From: Nitrospirota bacterium
GTDB taxonomy: Bacteria; Nitrospirota; UBA9217
Direction of reading: 5' to 3'
Length of the DNA: 64,000 nt
NCBI GenBank assembly: GCA_963790205.1
Contig: CAWBNQ010000014.1
Coordinates: forward strand, 1 to 64,000
The translations under genes were made by a program, and so were the position numbers. This document shows, piece after piece, positions 40,622-50,895 of the stretch. The notes under the pieces were generated by a model. The model did not search any database. It saw only the letters and a program-made list of their open reading frames with translations, and had not been told where the DNA came from. The first letter of the stretch is position 1, and each line of letters begins with the position of its first letter.

Positions 40622-40906
40622 CTACTGACTTTCCCGAGCATGCTCAGTGAGTTTGAGCAGACGTTGAAGCGCTTTTTCTGTTGTTGATCCCAAGACCGCG
40701 TTCTCCGCTCGAAGGCGGTAGAGTTCATCGCTGATGGTAAGGGCCGTCAGGATGGCCACCCGGTGAGGATCGGCAGTGCCTGTGCCCTTCTGCACTTCCT
40801 TCATCTTGGCGTCGATAAAGGAGGCAAGATCACGGATATAGGCGGGGTCGTCCTTGCCCTTGATGCTGTACACTTGGCCGAATATCTCTACCTGAACGCT
40901 CTCCAT
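40622..40906 (-). CDS. zapA: Cell division protein ZapA
   Basis: VEIFGQVY..., A..ID.KM, AILTAL.I.DEL; position next to 6S. Confidence 0.9.
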   Translation of the reverse strand: MESVQVEIFGQVYSIKGKDDPAYIRDLASFIDAKMKEVQKGTGTADPHRVAILTALTISDELYRLRAENAVLGSTTEKALQRLLKLTEHARESQ

Positions 40907-40984
40907 CTGTTCTCCCACCACCAAGGCACGAAGAGTACCAAGAAATTCTACTTAGAGTCTTTGTGTCTTCATGGTGCAGTTTTT

Positions 40985-41890
40985 TTACAGCAGCGCATCC
41001 ACGAATTCTTTCGGGTCAAACTCCCGCAAGTCTTCGATTGCCTCGCCGATGCCCACGAATTTCACCGGGATCGATAGTTCCTTGTTGATGGCAAACACGA
41101 TGCCGCCTTTCGAAGTACCGTCGAGCTTGGCGAGCACGATGCCGGTAAGCCCTATTGCCTCATGGAACATCTTCGCCTGCGCAAGCCCATTCTGACCCGT
41201 GTTCCCATCGAGCACCAGCAGGGTTTCATGCGGCGCCCCCGGCAGCTCGCGGGACAGGATGCGCTTCACCTTCTTCAGCTCTTCCATGAGATTTGACTTG
41301 GTATGAAGCCTGCCGGCCGTGTCCACGATGAGGACGTCCATGACCCGGGCCTTGGCCGCATTGACAGCATCGAACACCACGGCTCCCGGGTCCGCCCCCT
41401 CTTTGTGTTTGATCACCGGAATGCCGGCGCGCTCGCCCCAGATAGAAAGCTGTTCCGATGCCGCAGCGCGAAAGGTATCACCCGCGGCCAGCATCACTTT
41501 CTTGCCCTCGCCGTGCAGCCGGTATGCCAGCTTTCCAATCGTGGTGGTTTTGCCCGTGCCGTTCACGCCCACGACGAGTATGATGGAGGGAGCGGCACTA
41601 ACTTCCAGTTTCGCGGTGCGCCCCGCCAGGATAGCATACAGGAGCTCTTTAAGACGTTCTTTGACCTCTGCCGGTGCGGACAGTTCCTTGCGTTTGAACC
41701 GTTCCGTCAGGTCTTTAAGGACAAAGGTCGCCGTCTCAACTCCCACGTCGGCAGAGATAAGCGCCTCCTCAAGCTCGTCAAGAAAGCCCTCTTCGATCTT
41801 CTGGCCGAGGACCAGCGAGCCGATCCGGTCCGCTAAGTTTTTCCTGGTCTTTGCCAGCCCGTCGCTCAGGCTGCGAAAAACACCCAACAT
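40985..41890 (-). CDS. ftsY: SRP receptor FtsY (NG domain only)
   Basis: [30 protein letters not shown]. Confidence 0.96.
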   Translation of the reverse strand: MLGVFRSLSDGLAKTRKNLADRIGSLVLGQKIEEGFLDELEEALISADVGVETATFVLKDLTERFKRKELSAPAEVKERLKELLYAILAGRTAKLEVSAAPSIILVVGVNGTGKTTTIGKLAYRLHGEGKKVMLAAGDTFRAAASEQLSIWGERAGIPVIKHKEGADPGAVVFDAVNAAKARVMDVLIVDTAGRLHTKSNLMEELKKVKRILSRELPGAPHETLLVLDGNTGQNGLAQAKMFHEAIGLTGIVLAKLDGTSKGGIVFAINKELSIPVKFVGIGEAIEDLREFDPKEFVDALL

Positions 41891-42036
41891 GAATACTCCT
41901 TAAAAAATAAAATCCTAAATTCGAAGCACAAATCCTAGATACATCACAAGCTCAAATGGACCAAGAAAATATATCTGTATCGTTGAATTTTTTTGATATT
42001 GTTTAGGATTCAGATATTCGTATTTCGTACTTGCGC

Positions 42037-43107
42037 TTAAATATCCAACGGCAGTTTGCCGGACGCATCAGGGTCCGCGCTGCGAACCGTCTTCTTGCCT
42101 TTGAGCTTTCCCTCTTCTCCTTCACCCGGTCCTGCGGCCGAAGACACCGCTGAGCCGGGATAGGCCATCTTCCGGTAAAGATACCGGTCGTGCATCTTGC
42201 TGAAATTGGACCACTCACCTTCAGCCACGTTTTCCTTCTTGAGCGTTGCCTGGAAGTTGTTGATCTTCGCCGAGAGGTCGTCCAGGTAATTGATGACGAC
42301 GGCCTCCTGGATCTTGGGCCTCTTGGGAGACCCGAATTCATACTCTCCGTGATGCGAGAGGATGATGTGCTTGAGCAGCATGGCCAGTTCCGATGGAAAG
42401 CCCTCGATGGTCTTGATCTTTTCAACGACCATCTCGTATCCGAGCGAAATGTGGCCGATAAGACGCCCCTCCGTGGTATATTCGATCGACTTTCTGACGG
42501 AAAGTTCGTACACCTTGCCGATGTCATGCAAAAAAGCTCCCGTTACCAGGAGATCAACATCAATCGATGGAAAATGTTTGGCCACATCGCGCGAAAGAGA
42601 AATGAGCTCGGTCACGTGTTCGAGCAGGCCTCCGATATAATTGTGATGGAGCGTCTTCGCGGCCGGAGTGCGCTTAAAAGCTTCCAGGAACGGCGTATCG
42701 TCCAGAAAAGCGTCAAAAAGCCGCTTCAAGTGCCCGTTGGTCAGGCCGGCGGCGGCGGCCTTCAATTCTTTGACCATGTCATCGACATTGCGGGGAGAGG
42801 TCTGAATGAAGTTTGCAAAATCCACTCTCGAGTCGTCGACCTTTTCAAGCGTCTTCATCTTTATCTGCATCGTGCCCTGGTAGTAGGCAGCGACTCCTTT
42901 GATGCGAACGAAGTCCTCCCGCTCGAATCTTCCGGCGACCTCTTCGGCGTTGTCCCAAAGCTTGCCATCAAGCTCCCCGGTCTTGTCGGCGAGTTTCAGG
43001 GAAAGATAGGTCACGCCGTTCTTTGCCGTGGAGACCTGCTTCGACGTAACCAGATAGATCTCCTCCACCCAGTCGCCTTCTTTTAACGATACTATGGTCT
43101 GCATCAT
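42037..43107 (-). CDS. yhaM: OB-fold + HD domain 3'-5' exoribonuclease (YhaM/Cbf1 family)
   Basis: HH.Y.GGLLEH, LHDIGK, SHHG.YEFGSP. Confidence 0.85.
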   Translation of the reverse strand: MMQTIVSLKEGDWVEEIYLVTSKQVSTAKNGVTYLSLKLADKTGELDGKLWDNAEEVAGRFEREDFVRIKGVAAYYQGTMQIKMKTLEKVDDSRVDFANFIQTSPRNVDDMVKELKAAAAGLTNGHLKRLFDAFLDDTPFLEAFKRTPAAKTLHHNYIGGLLEHVTELISLSRDVAKHFPSIDVDLLVTGAFLHDIGKVYELSVRKSIEYTTEGRLIGHISLGYEMVVEKIKTIEGFPSELAMLLKHIILSHHGEYEFGSPKRPKIQEAVVINYLDDLSAKINNFQATLKKENVAEGEWSNFSKMHDRYLYRKMAYPGSAVSSAAGPGEGEEGKLKGKKTVRSADPDASGKLPLDI

Positions 43108-43203
43108 GGCCCTCGTTTCGTGCGGTGCAGTGATAATAAACTATCGCCCCGGCATTGTCAAACGGAAAGCAGGCGGAATGCGGGTGTTATGCGTTGAGAA
43201 CGG

Positions 43204-44298
43204 TCAGGTGCGCGGTCTTTCGGGCAATGCATTTTTTACATACACTGTGCGGGTAGGGAACGGAATGTCGATCCCTTCCTGCCTGAAGCGCTTGAGAATT
43301 CGCTTGTGTAATTCGTGTTGCACCGGCTGTTGGTCCGTATAATCGCGCACCCGGCACACGAGCGTGAATTCGAGCGATGAAGCGCCGAAGCCGGGGACGA
43401 AAATCACCGAAGGTCGAGGATCGCCCAGAAGGCCCGGGATCTCGTTCGTCGCCTTATGCGCTTCATCGATCAGGACCCGCTCCACGACATCAGGGTCGGC
43501 GTCATAGCTCACTCCTATGGGCATCTGGAGGATGAAAGGCCGCTCCGGCAAGTAGTAGTTCGTCACCACGCTCTGGGAAAGCTTGCTGTTCGGTACGATG
43601 ACCATGTTGTTCTGAGGCGTGCGGATCCTCGTGGTACGCCACCCGATGTCCGCTATTGAGCCTTCCTGTCCCGTCTCGAGCCGGATGAAATCGCCGACGC
43701 GGACGGTATGTTCTGCCAGGATATGAATGCCCGCAAAAAGGTTCGAGAGCGTATCCTGAAGAGCGAGCGCCATAGCGAGGCCGCCCACTCCCAGGGCGGT
43801 AATGATGGGCGCAATCGATATCCCGATGAAGTTCAGCATGATCAGGATGCCGATAGCGTAGACCATCGCCTTGATCACGGTATTGATCAGGCTCGTTACC
43901 GAGATCGGGAGTTCCACCTTTGTCAGGAAAAACGCGAGCGCGCGGGCACTGATGTTCGCCAGCGCCATCGTGACCGTCAGGATAATAAATAAGTGTATGC
44001 CCTTGACGGCATAGCCCGCATATTCCCGGGGGATTTCGGCAAGACGGAGACCAAGGTACAAGGCAAGGGCAGTGATAAGAAGCGTGGACGGCCCCTGCAG
44101 CGACGTTACAATGAGCTCCTCCCCCTCCGAGGTCGTTTTCCGCGAGACACGGCGAAGCGCTCCGAAGAGTATCTTTCGGGCAATGAGGAGCACTGCGACG
44201 GTTACCGCAATGATCAGAATAGACAGGTATGTTTTATAAGGATGATCCATGACAAGTCTAGCTATTGTACCAAACAGGAGTCTGAGGTCCAGTGCCAT
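43204..44298 (-). CDS. mscS: MscS family mechanosensitive channel
   Basis: LGVGGLAMALALQDTLSNLFAG, IGWRTT, IPFP. Confidence 0.9.
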   Translation of the reverse strand: MALDLRLLFGTIARLVMDHPYKTYLSILIIAVTVAVLLIARKILFGALRRVSRKTTSEGEELIVTSLQGPSTLLITALALYLGLRLAEIPREYAGYAVKGIHLFIILTVTMALANISARALAFFLTKVELPISVTSLINTVIKAMVYAIGILIMLNFIGISIAPIITALGVGGLAMALALQDTLSNLFAGIHILAEHTVRVGDFIRLETGQEGSIADIGWRTTRIRTPQNNMVIVPNSKLSQSVVTNYYLPERPFILQMPIGVSYDADPDVVERVLIDEAHKATNEIPGLLGDPRPSVIFVPGFGASSLEFTLVCRVRDYTDQQPVQHELHKRILKRFRQEGIDIPFPTRTVYVKNALPERPRT

Positions 44299-44367
44299 TT
44301 GTATCTTTAAACGGCTTGTTCACGCTAAAGATTATAGCGTGGCCTGGGCAGGTGAAGCAGGAAGAAT

Positions 44368-44394
44368 AAAAAACCGGCAAACTGCATCTGCCGG
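44368..44394 (-). terminator. Probable intrinsic terminator after tusA
   Basis: CCGGCA/TGCCGG stem followed by T6 on the minus strand. Confidence 0.6.
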
Positions 44395-44443
44395 CTGTCC
44401 CTCGTATCATTTTTAACTACTCTTGCCGGCCGGGGTTAGACTG

Positions 44444-44686
44444 CTACTTCCTCCGCACGTACACGTGGTACTCGCCGTTTTCCTTGGTCAGGCCGAGATA
44501 TTCATGCCCCGTCCTCCTGCACCAAGCAGGCATGTCCATCTCAATGCCATCATCATCAGACTGGACTTCGAGCACCTGGCCCGGCTTCATTTCCTTGATC
44601 TTGTTCGAGGTCTTGAAAATAGGCACCGGACACGCCACGCCTACGCAGTCGAGAATTTCGTCGGGCTTGATTTCTTTAATGTCCAA
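44444..44686 (-). CDS. tusA: TusA/SirA family sulfur carrier
   Basis: LDCVGVACPVP (CPxP); probable TTG start at 44686. Confidence 0.85.
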   Translation of the reverse strand: MDIKEIKPDEILDCVGVACPVPIFKTSNKIKEMKPGQVLEVQSDDDGIEMDMPAWCRRTGHEYLGLTKENGEYHVYVRRK

Positions 44687-44756
44687 TGTAAAACCCTTTA
44701 TAGTTGCCAATGAGCACGGACAGCGTCCTGCTTTTATTCCACATTCCGCAATCGAA

Positions 44757-45185
44757 CTACTCCATCTCGTGCTCATGTCCGGCGTCGGCGGATATCTTCA
44801 CCGGAGACGGCATGCCCTTTTTCTTGTAATAATCGTCAAGGGCCGACTTGAGCGCCTCTTCAGCCAGCACCGAGCAGTGCATTTTCACCTTCGGCAAACC
44901 GCCGAGCGCCTCCGCCACAGCAGCGTTCGATATCGTGAGGGCCTCTTTGATGCTTTTTCCCTTCACCAGGTCGGTCACCATGCTGCTCGTCGCTATGGCT
45001 GCGCCGCATCCGAAGGTCTTGAACTTGGCCTCCGTGATAATATCATTCTCCACTTTGATATAGAGACGCATGACATCGCCGCACACAGGGTTTCCCACGG
45101 TGCCCACGCCGTCCGCGTTCTCTATCTCACCCACGTTATGCGGATGAGCGAAATGGTCCATCACCTTTGAGCTGTACTGTTCCAT
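44757..45185 (-). CDS. iscU: Fe-S scaffold IscU/NifU N-terminal type
   Basis: GNPVCGD, FGCGAA, KMHCS. Confidence 0.92.
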   Translation of the reverse strand: MEQYSSKVMDHFAHPHNVGEIENADGVGTVGNPVCGDVMRLYIKVENDIITEAKFKTFGCGAAIATSSMVTDLVKGKSIKEALTISNAAVAEALGGLPKVKMHCSVLAEEALKSALDDYYKKKGMPSPVKISADAGHEHEME

Positions 45186-45195
45186 GTAATCCTCC

Positions 45196-46380
45196 TCACC
45201 GGACTTTTTCCTGTTTGATCATATCTTCATAGAGAGGCGACATGTCCCGCAATCGCTGCACGATCGGAGGCAGCTTCTCTATCACGTAATCGATATCTTC
45301 CGCTGCGTTTCCCATGCCGAGCGACATGAGCAGCGTGCCGTTCGCAACGGCCGCGTCCGTGCCGATACAGGTAAGCACGTGCGATACCTTGAGCGAGCGC
45401 GAGGTGCACGCCGAGCCGCTCGAAACGGACACGCCTTCCATGTTGAGGAACAGGAGCATGGACTCTCCCTCCACGTACCACATGGAAACATTCAAGTTGT
45501 GAGGCAGCCTGCGCGTGGGATGGCCGTTGACCACCAGGTGGTCGATCTTTTCAGTGAGCCCTTTCTGCAACCGGTCACGAAGCGCCGACAGGTAACTCAT
45601 GCGATGCGGAACCTCCGCTGTCGCAAGCTCAGCCGCTTTTCCCAGGCCGACGATGGCCGGCACATTCTCGGTGCCCGCACGCCTGCCGTCTTCCTGGATG
45701 CCGCCTTCGATCTGCGGCTTGATACGGACTCCCTTGCGCACATAGAGCGCTGCCGCGCCCTTTGGTCCATAGAACTGATGGCCGGAGAGGGAGAGCGCGT
45801 CCACGCCGAGCGCTTTCACGTCCACGGGGACCCATCCGACGGACGCAACCGCATCGGTGTGGAACAGAACCCCCTTCTCCTTCGTGATCTTTCCGATCTC
45901 CTCGATTGGCTGGATCGTGCCGATCTCGTTGTTCGCGTGCATGATTGAAACAAGGACCGTGTCCTTGGTGATCGCCTTTGCCACGTCTGCAGGATCCACC
46001 AGCCCCGTCTTGTCCGTCTCCAGGTAGGTGACAGAGAAACCTGATTTTTCGAGGGTCTTGGCCGGATGGAGAACGGAAAAATGCTCGAGCTGAGAAACGA
46101 TGATATGTTTGCCTTTCTGGCTGTTCGCCTGGACCAGTCCTTTGATGGCAAAGTTGTTCGATTCGGCCCCGCTCGCGGTAAAATAAAGCTCTTCTGGTTT
46201 TACATTGATAAGCGCTGCCGTCCTGGCCCGAGCCTCCTCGACGGCATCCTTCGCTTCCCTGCCGATATCGTGCAGGTTCGAGGGGTTGCCGAACTTGTTC
46301 GAGAAATAAGGCAGCATGGCTTCCAGCACCTTCGGGTGGACCGGCGTCGTGGCCGCATGGTCGAGATACACTTTCCTCAT
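45196..46380 (-). CDS. iscS: Cysteine desulfurase (IscS/NifS type)
   Basis: YLDHAATTP, HTDA, SSGSACTS; the usual PLP lysine motif reads SGHQFYGPKG. Confidence 0.9.
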   Translation of the reverse strand: MRKVYLDHAATTPVHPKVLEAMLPYFSNKFGNPSNLHDIGREAKDAVEEARARTAALINVKPEELYFTASGAESNNFAIKGLVQANSQKGKHIIVSQLEHFSVLHPAKTLEKSGFSVTYLETDKTGLVDPADVAKAITKDTVLVSIMHANNEIGTIQPIEEIGKITKEKGVLFHTDAVASVGWVPVDVKALGVDALSLSGHQFYGPKGAAALYVRKGVRIKPQIEGGIQEDGRRAGTENVPAIVGLGKAAELATAEVPHRMSYLSALRDRLQKGLTEKIDHLVVNGHPTRRLPHNLNVSMWYVEGESMLLFLNMEGVSVSSGSACTSRSLKVSHVLTCIGTDAAVANGTLLMSLGMGNAAEDIDYVIEKLPPIVQRLRDMSPLYEDMIKQEKVR

Positions 46381-46381
46381 G

Positions 46382-46852
46382 TCAACATGCCCCCTTCCCT
46401 GCAGTAGCAAGCTTCTTTCTCGGTTTCAGAACGAGCGGCTCGCGCCACTGATGCAGCAGATCGTTAAAGCTGATGCTGTCGAGCGCTTCCTCTATTTTTG
46501 CACCCACCTTTGCCCAGACCATCCTGGCTACGCAGTCATCGGTCTGATAACACTCTTCTGATTCGCCCGGTTCGAGACAGTGAGACAGGGCGATCGGCCC
46601 TTCGAGCGTCCGGACAATGTCTCCGATGGTGAGCTCCGAAGGTTTTCGCGCGAGCAGGTACCCCCCTGCGGGTCCTCGTACGCTGTCGATCAGGCCCGCC
46701 TTGCCCAGACGATGAAGGATCTGCTCCAAATAAGAGAACGAGATCCCTTGCCGGTCCGCGATCTCCTTGATCGTGATCGGCCCCTTTCCATAATGCCGGG
46801 CGATCTCAAAGACCGCCCGCACCCCGTATTTTCCCTTTGTGGACAACTTCAT
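46382..46852 (-). CDS. iscR: Rrf2 family regulator, IscR-like
   Basis: SYLEQI, SVRGPAGGY, three Cys (C-X8-C-X5-C); heads the iscSU operon. Confidence 0.85.
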   Translation of the reverse strand: MKLSTKGKYGVRAVFEIARHYGKGPITIKEIADRQGISFSYLEQILHRLGKAGLIDSVRGPAGGYLLARKPSELTIGDIVRTLEGPIALSHCLEPGESEECYQTDDCVARMVWAKVGAKIEEALDSISFNDLLHQWREPLVLKPRKKLATAGKGAC

Positions 46853-46916
46853 AGCTTACGCTCAGCACCATTCCTGGGCCATACCCTGAAACAGGATACT
46901 TTCCATCCGTGACCTA

Positions 46917-46949
46917 AACATAACAAACTTGACTAATTCTGTCAAGTAT
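46917..46949 (-). promoter_or_regulatory. iscR promoter overlapped by an IscR type-1-like operator
   Basis: TTGACA (46945-46940)-17-TATGTT; AAACTTGACTAATTCTGTCAAGTAT at 46925-46949. Confidence 0.75.
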
Positions 46950-47015
46950 AATGTTTCCCTTGTTTTTCCTGATTTGTTGTACTACTCTTTGCTTATCAAC
47001 CCTCGGGAGGCGGCC

Positions 47016-47279
47016 ATGCATACCGATGAATACGAGATTTCCCTGTCCAGAGAGCTGACTGTTTGCAAAAGCGCGATACAAAAGATCAAAGAATTTTTCG
47101 CTATCCTTGAAAGAAAGCATAATAAAACCACAGCGCAATTCGTCGAAGAATACGATAGCGGAAAACTCACGGACAGCCGGGATGATTACGAGCCCTGGCG
47201 CAATAATTATGAATCGCTCAAGAGGTGGGAAGAGCTGGAGAGACAGTATGAAGAGGCTTTCCGGATGATGAAGATATGA
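47016..47279 (+). CDS. Small helical hypothetical protein (possibly antitoxin-like)
   Basis: GGAGG SD, ATG at 47016; LERKHNKTTAQFVEEYDSGKL..DDYEPW. Confidence 0.65.
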   Translation: MHTDEYEISLSRELTVCKSAIQKIKEFFAILERKHNKTTAQFVEEYDSGKLTDSRDDYEPWRNNYESLKRWEELERQYEEAFRMMKI

Positions 47280-47341
47280 GCGTTAGTATCTAGGCGGAAT
47301 TTTCTGTTCTCGCTCTCAAGCATTTATGCTATACTCGCCGC

Positions 47342-48184
47342 ATGCAGCAATCCAGCCCCCACACCCCGGTCACGAGCAAAGACAACGGCTCTGTCAAGCA
47401 TCTCCGCTCCCTCTCGGAATCGAAGTACCGGAAAAAAGAAAAGACCTTTTTGATAGAAGGCATCAAGATGGTCGAGGAGGCACTCAGGGACAACCTCGGG
47501 GTCAAGACGGTCATTGCAGCACCGTCGCTCGTCCAGCACCACGGCAAGGGCGTGCTCAAACTCGCGGAGAGCAGGGGCATTGATGTCCTCTGGATATCCG
47601 AGCGGCTGATGAACGCGCTGTCGGAAAGCAAAACGCCCCAGCCCGTGATGGCCGAGATCGCGATGAAGCAGCACTCGGAAGAGGGGCTTCTGGCCAATGA
47701 GGCAGGATTGATCATCATCGCCCACCAGCTCCAGGACCCCGGCAACCTCGGGACCATCATCCGGACTGCCGAAGCCGTCGGCGCGTCGGGCCTCGCAATC
47801 ACTCAAAATACCGTAGACCCTTTCAACGCAAAAGCCATTCGCGCTTCGATGGGCAGCATCCTGCGGCTGCCGGTCGTACATATCAGAGATATCGCTGCAT
47901 TCATGAAGACAAGCAAACAGAGGGGTTTTCAGACTGTAGCAACAGTGCTGACGGCTGAAAAGACCCATTTTGATATTGATCTTAGAAAACCGACTGCCGT
48001 GATCTTAGGACAAGAAGGCGCCGGTTTGCCACAGGATATTATGCCCGATATCGACCTTCACATCCGCATTCCTATGGCTAATACGATCGACTCATTGAAT
48101 GTGGCAACAGCAGCAGCGGTGATCCTCTATGAGGCGATGAGACAAAGATTTCGCGCAAAGCTTCGCAGTAATGGCGAAAAATGA
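47342..48184 (+). CDS. TrmH/SpoU family RNA methyltransferase
   Basis: DPGNLGTIIRTA, GQEG.G, SLNVA. Confidence 0.92.
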   Translation: MQQSSPHTPVTSKDNGSVKHLRSLSESKYRKKEKTFLIEGIKMVEEALRDNLGVKTVIAAPSLVQHHGKGVLKLAESRGIDVLWISERLMNALSESKTPQPVMAEIAMKQHSEEGLLANEAGLIIIAHQLQDPGNLGTIIRTAEAVGASGLAITQNTVDPFNAKAIRASMGSILRLPVVHIRDIAAFMKTSKQRGFQTVATVLTAEKTHFDIDLRKPTAVILGQEGAGLPQDIMPDIDLHIRIPMANTIDSLNVATAAAVILYEAMRQRFRAKLRSNGEK

Positions 48185-48201
48185 ATATGTTTAACTAACC
48201 C

Positions 48202-48684
48202 CTACTTCCCGAACTTCTTCTTCAACTTCTCCACTACAACGCGCGGCGCAAGACTCGAGACATCGCCGCCGTAGCTCGCTGCTTCTTTTACGATGGTCGA
48301 GGTGATGAATGAATATTCCACGTTCGGCATCAGGAACACCGTCTCAATATTGCTGTCGAGCCGGCGGTTCATCAAGGCCATCTGCATCTCATACTCGAAG
48401 TCCGAAACCGCCCGGAGGCCCCGGATAATGGCAACGGCGCTCTTTTTCCTGACGTAATCCACCAGAAGGCCGTCGAAGCCCTCGATCACGACGTTTTTAT
48501 AATTCGCGGTCACCGCCTTTAACATGGCGATGCGCTCTTCGAGAGGAAAGAGCGGGGCCTTTTTCGGGTTCTCCGCCACGGCCACGACTACCTCGCCGAA
48601 TATTCTGAGGCTCCGCTCCACGAGGTCGATATGTCCGTTCGTCACGGGGTCGAAGGTGCCGGGGTAGACGGCGATGTGTTTCAT
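48202..48684 (-). CDS. coaD: Phosphopantetheine adenylyltransferase
   Basis: YPGTFDPVTNGH, RGLRAVSDFEYE. Confidence 0.97.
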   Translation of the reverse strand: MKHIAVYPGTFDPVTNGHIDLVERSLRIFGEVVVAVAENPKKAPLFPLEERIAMLKAVTANYKNVVIEGFDGLLVDYVRKKSAVAIIRGLRAVSDFEYEMQMALMNRRLDSNIETVFLMPNVEYSFITSTIVKEAASYGGDVSSLAPRVVVEKLKKKFGK

Positions 48685-48825
48685 GAGACCTCCTTATGGG
48701 CCACCAAGACACTAAGGCACTGAGAAACCTGCAAACTTTATTCTACCTGCGAAGGATAATTCGTACTACCGAATAAAAGACCGTAGTTATTTATTTCTCG
48801 GCAACTTAGTGCCTTCGTGGCAAGC

Positions 48826-49365
48826 CTATTCCAACCGATAAAACGCCAAGACCGTGTCCCCATACTGCGCTTCGCGGTAAAGCGTCAGCCTGCCCGCTTG
48901 CTTCGGTGACGGCTGCTTTTTGAAGTGCTCGCCGACCACGATCGCATCGGGGTTCAGGACTTCGGACCCTGAAACAAGGGTCAGAGGCGTTTCGAGTTCG
49001 AGAGAATAAGGCGGATCCAAGAAAACGATGTCAAATCGCTCGTTCGTTTTTCTGAGAAAGGTCTCGGCCCGATGCGGGATGACCTGCGCACGCTCGCCGA
49101 ATCCGGTCTCTGCGACATTCCTCTTGACCGCCTGGAGGGAATCCCGTGAATCGTCAATGAACACGACTTTCCCCGCCCCCCTGCTGAGCGCCTCTATACC
49201 GACTCCGCCGGCGCCTGCGTAGAGGTCCAGGAACACCGCGCCCTTCACTTTCTCGCCGAGGATGTTGAACAGCGCCTGCTTTACCTTGTCGGACGTGGGC
49301 CTGACGCGCGATCCCGGCGGCACTTTCAGTCTCCGCCCTTTGCCTATGCCTCCCGTGACTCTCAT
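48826..49365 (-). CDS. rsmD: 16S rRNA m2G966 methyltransferase
   Basis: RPTSD, EALSRGA, DPPY; upstream of coaD. Confidence 0.93.
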   Translation of the reverse strand: MRVTGGIGKGRRLKVPPGSRVRPTSDKVKQALFNILGEKVKGAVFLDLYAGAGGVGIEALSRGAGKVVFIDDSRDSLQAVKRNVAETGFGERAQVIPHRAETFLRKTNERFDIVFLDPPYSLELETPLTLVSGSEVLNPDAIVVGEHFKKQPSPKQAGRLTLYREAQYGDTVLAFYRLE

Positions 49366-49461
49366 ATTTTTCGATGCTACAGAAAAACCCCTTTCAAGTC
49401 AAGCGATTCTTGACAGTCGCGGGCATTGCGTATATACTTTTACAGTCAAGGGAGACACACC

Positions 49462-50805
49462 ATGCGTAACAAGACTCTTCGGTTTCTGCTGCTTTCGCTG
49501 CTTTTGATCATTACGCTTTCTTATGTAAATCCCCTGTCCGCAGATACACCGATGGACAAGAAGGCTCCGTCTCCGCCGGCACAGGCTTCGCCCTCAAAAA
49601 AAGTCTATCTCATCACCGTTGACGCAGCGATCACGCCCGTGGTCGCCGAATACATCAACAAATCCATCGACCTCGCGTCGAAAGCGAATGCCGAGGCCGT
49701 CATCATAGAGCTCGACACGCCGGGAGGTCTCGTGGACTCCATGCGCGAGATCGTTAAAAAGATGATGTCCGCCGATGTTCCCGTGGTCGTATACGTCGGC
49801 CCTTCAGGGGCCAGGGCCGCCTCGGCCGGCGTGTTCATCACCCTGGCCGCGAACATTGCCGCCATGGCGCCGACCACGCACATCGGCGCCGCCCACCCCG
49901 TGACCATGGAAGGCAAAATGGACAAGACCATGGAGACGAAGGTCGTGAACGACCTTGCTGCCATGGCGAGGAGCATAGCCGAAAAGCGCGGCAGGAATGC
50001 GAAGTGGGCGGAAGAAGCGGTGCGAAAAAGCGTATCCATCACCGAAACCGAAGCATTAAAAGCAAAGGTCATCGACTTTATTTCGCCTGACATTCCGACG
50101 CTCCTGAAGGATATAAACGGCAGGACCGTGGACCTCGCGGTGGGCAAAAAGACGCTCAAAACGGAAGGCGCCGAGGTCAAGGAAATCAACATGGGCTTCA
50201 GGTTCAAGTTCCTGAACACCATCAGCAATCCCAACATCGCCTATATTCTCATGATCCTCGGCTTCTATGGCCTTTATTTCGAGCTTGCGAACCCCGGCGC
50301 CATCTTTCCCGGCGTGGCCGGCGCCATCTGCCTTATCCTTGCCTTCTATGCGCTCCAGACCCTGCCGATCAACTACGCCGGGCTCATGTTGATCCTTCTC
50401 GGAGTCGGGCTCTTTATTGCCGAAGCGTTCATCACGAGCCATGGCATTCTCGGGGTCGGGGGCGCCGTTGCCATGGCCATCGGCTCGGTAATGCTCGTCG
50501 AGTCTACATCGCCTTATCTGCGGATCTCGTGGTCGGTGATCGCGCCGGTCGTGGCCCTCTCGGCGCTCCTCTTCATCATTACCGTGTCCCTGGCAGTGCG
50601 CGTGCACCGCGAGAAAGTGGACACCGGCAAAGAAGGTATGGTCGGGCTTGAGGGAGAAGCGAAGACCGACATTCAGGCAAGCGGCCAGGTGTTCGTACGC
50701 GGCGAGTATTGGAACGCCTGGAGCGATGAACCCGTTCGGAAGGGCGAGCGGGTGAAGATAGAATCTGTCGAGGGGCTTAAGCTAAAAGTGAGGAAGATGG
50801 CTTAG
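49462..50805 (+). CDS. nfeD: NfeD family membrane-bound serine protease
   Basis: DTPGG, RAASAG, GAAHP, TM region, C-terminal OB fold GEYW.A. Confidence 0.92.
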   Translation: MRNKTLRFLLLSLLLIITLSYVNPLSADTPMDKKAPSPPAQASPSKKVYLITVDAAITPVVAEYINKSIDLASKANAEAVIIELDTPGGLVDSMREIVKKMMSADVPVVVYVGPSGARAASAGVFITLAANIAAMAPTTHIGAAHPVTMEGKMDKTMETKVVNDLAAMARSIAEKRGRNAKWAEEAVRKSVSITETEALKAKVIDFISPDIPTLLKDINGRTVDLAVGKKTLKTEGAEVKEINMGFRFKFLNTISNPNIAYILMILGFYGLYFELANPGAIFPGVAGAICLILAFYALQTLPINYAGLMLILLGVGLFIAEAFITSHGILGVGGAVAMAIGSVMLVESTSPYLRISWSVIAPVVALSALLFIITVSLAVRVHREKVDTGKEGMVGLEGEAKTDIQASGQVFVRGEYWNAWSDEPVRKGERVKIESVEGLKLKVRKMA

Positions 50806-50895
50806 GAGAAGTCTTTGCTCTACGTTGAGCGGAGTTGTCTCTACCCGTCACACGCTCAACATTACTGACGGCGGAAATCAATAGGAGGCACACAT

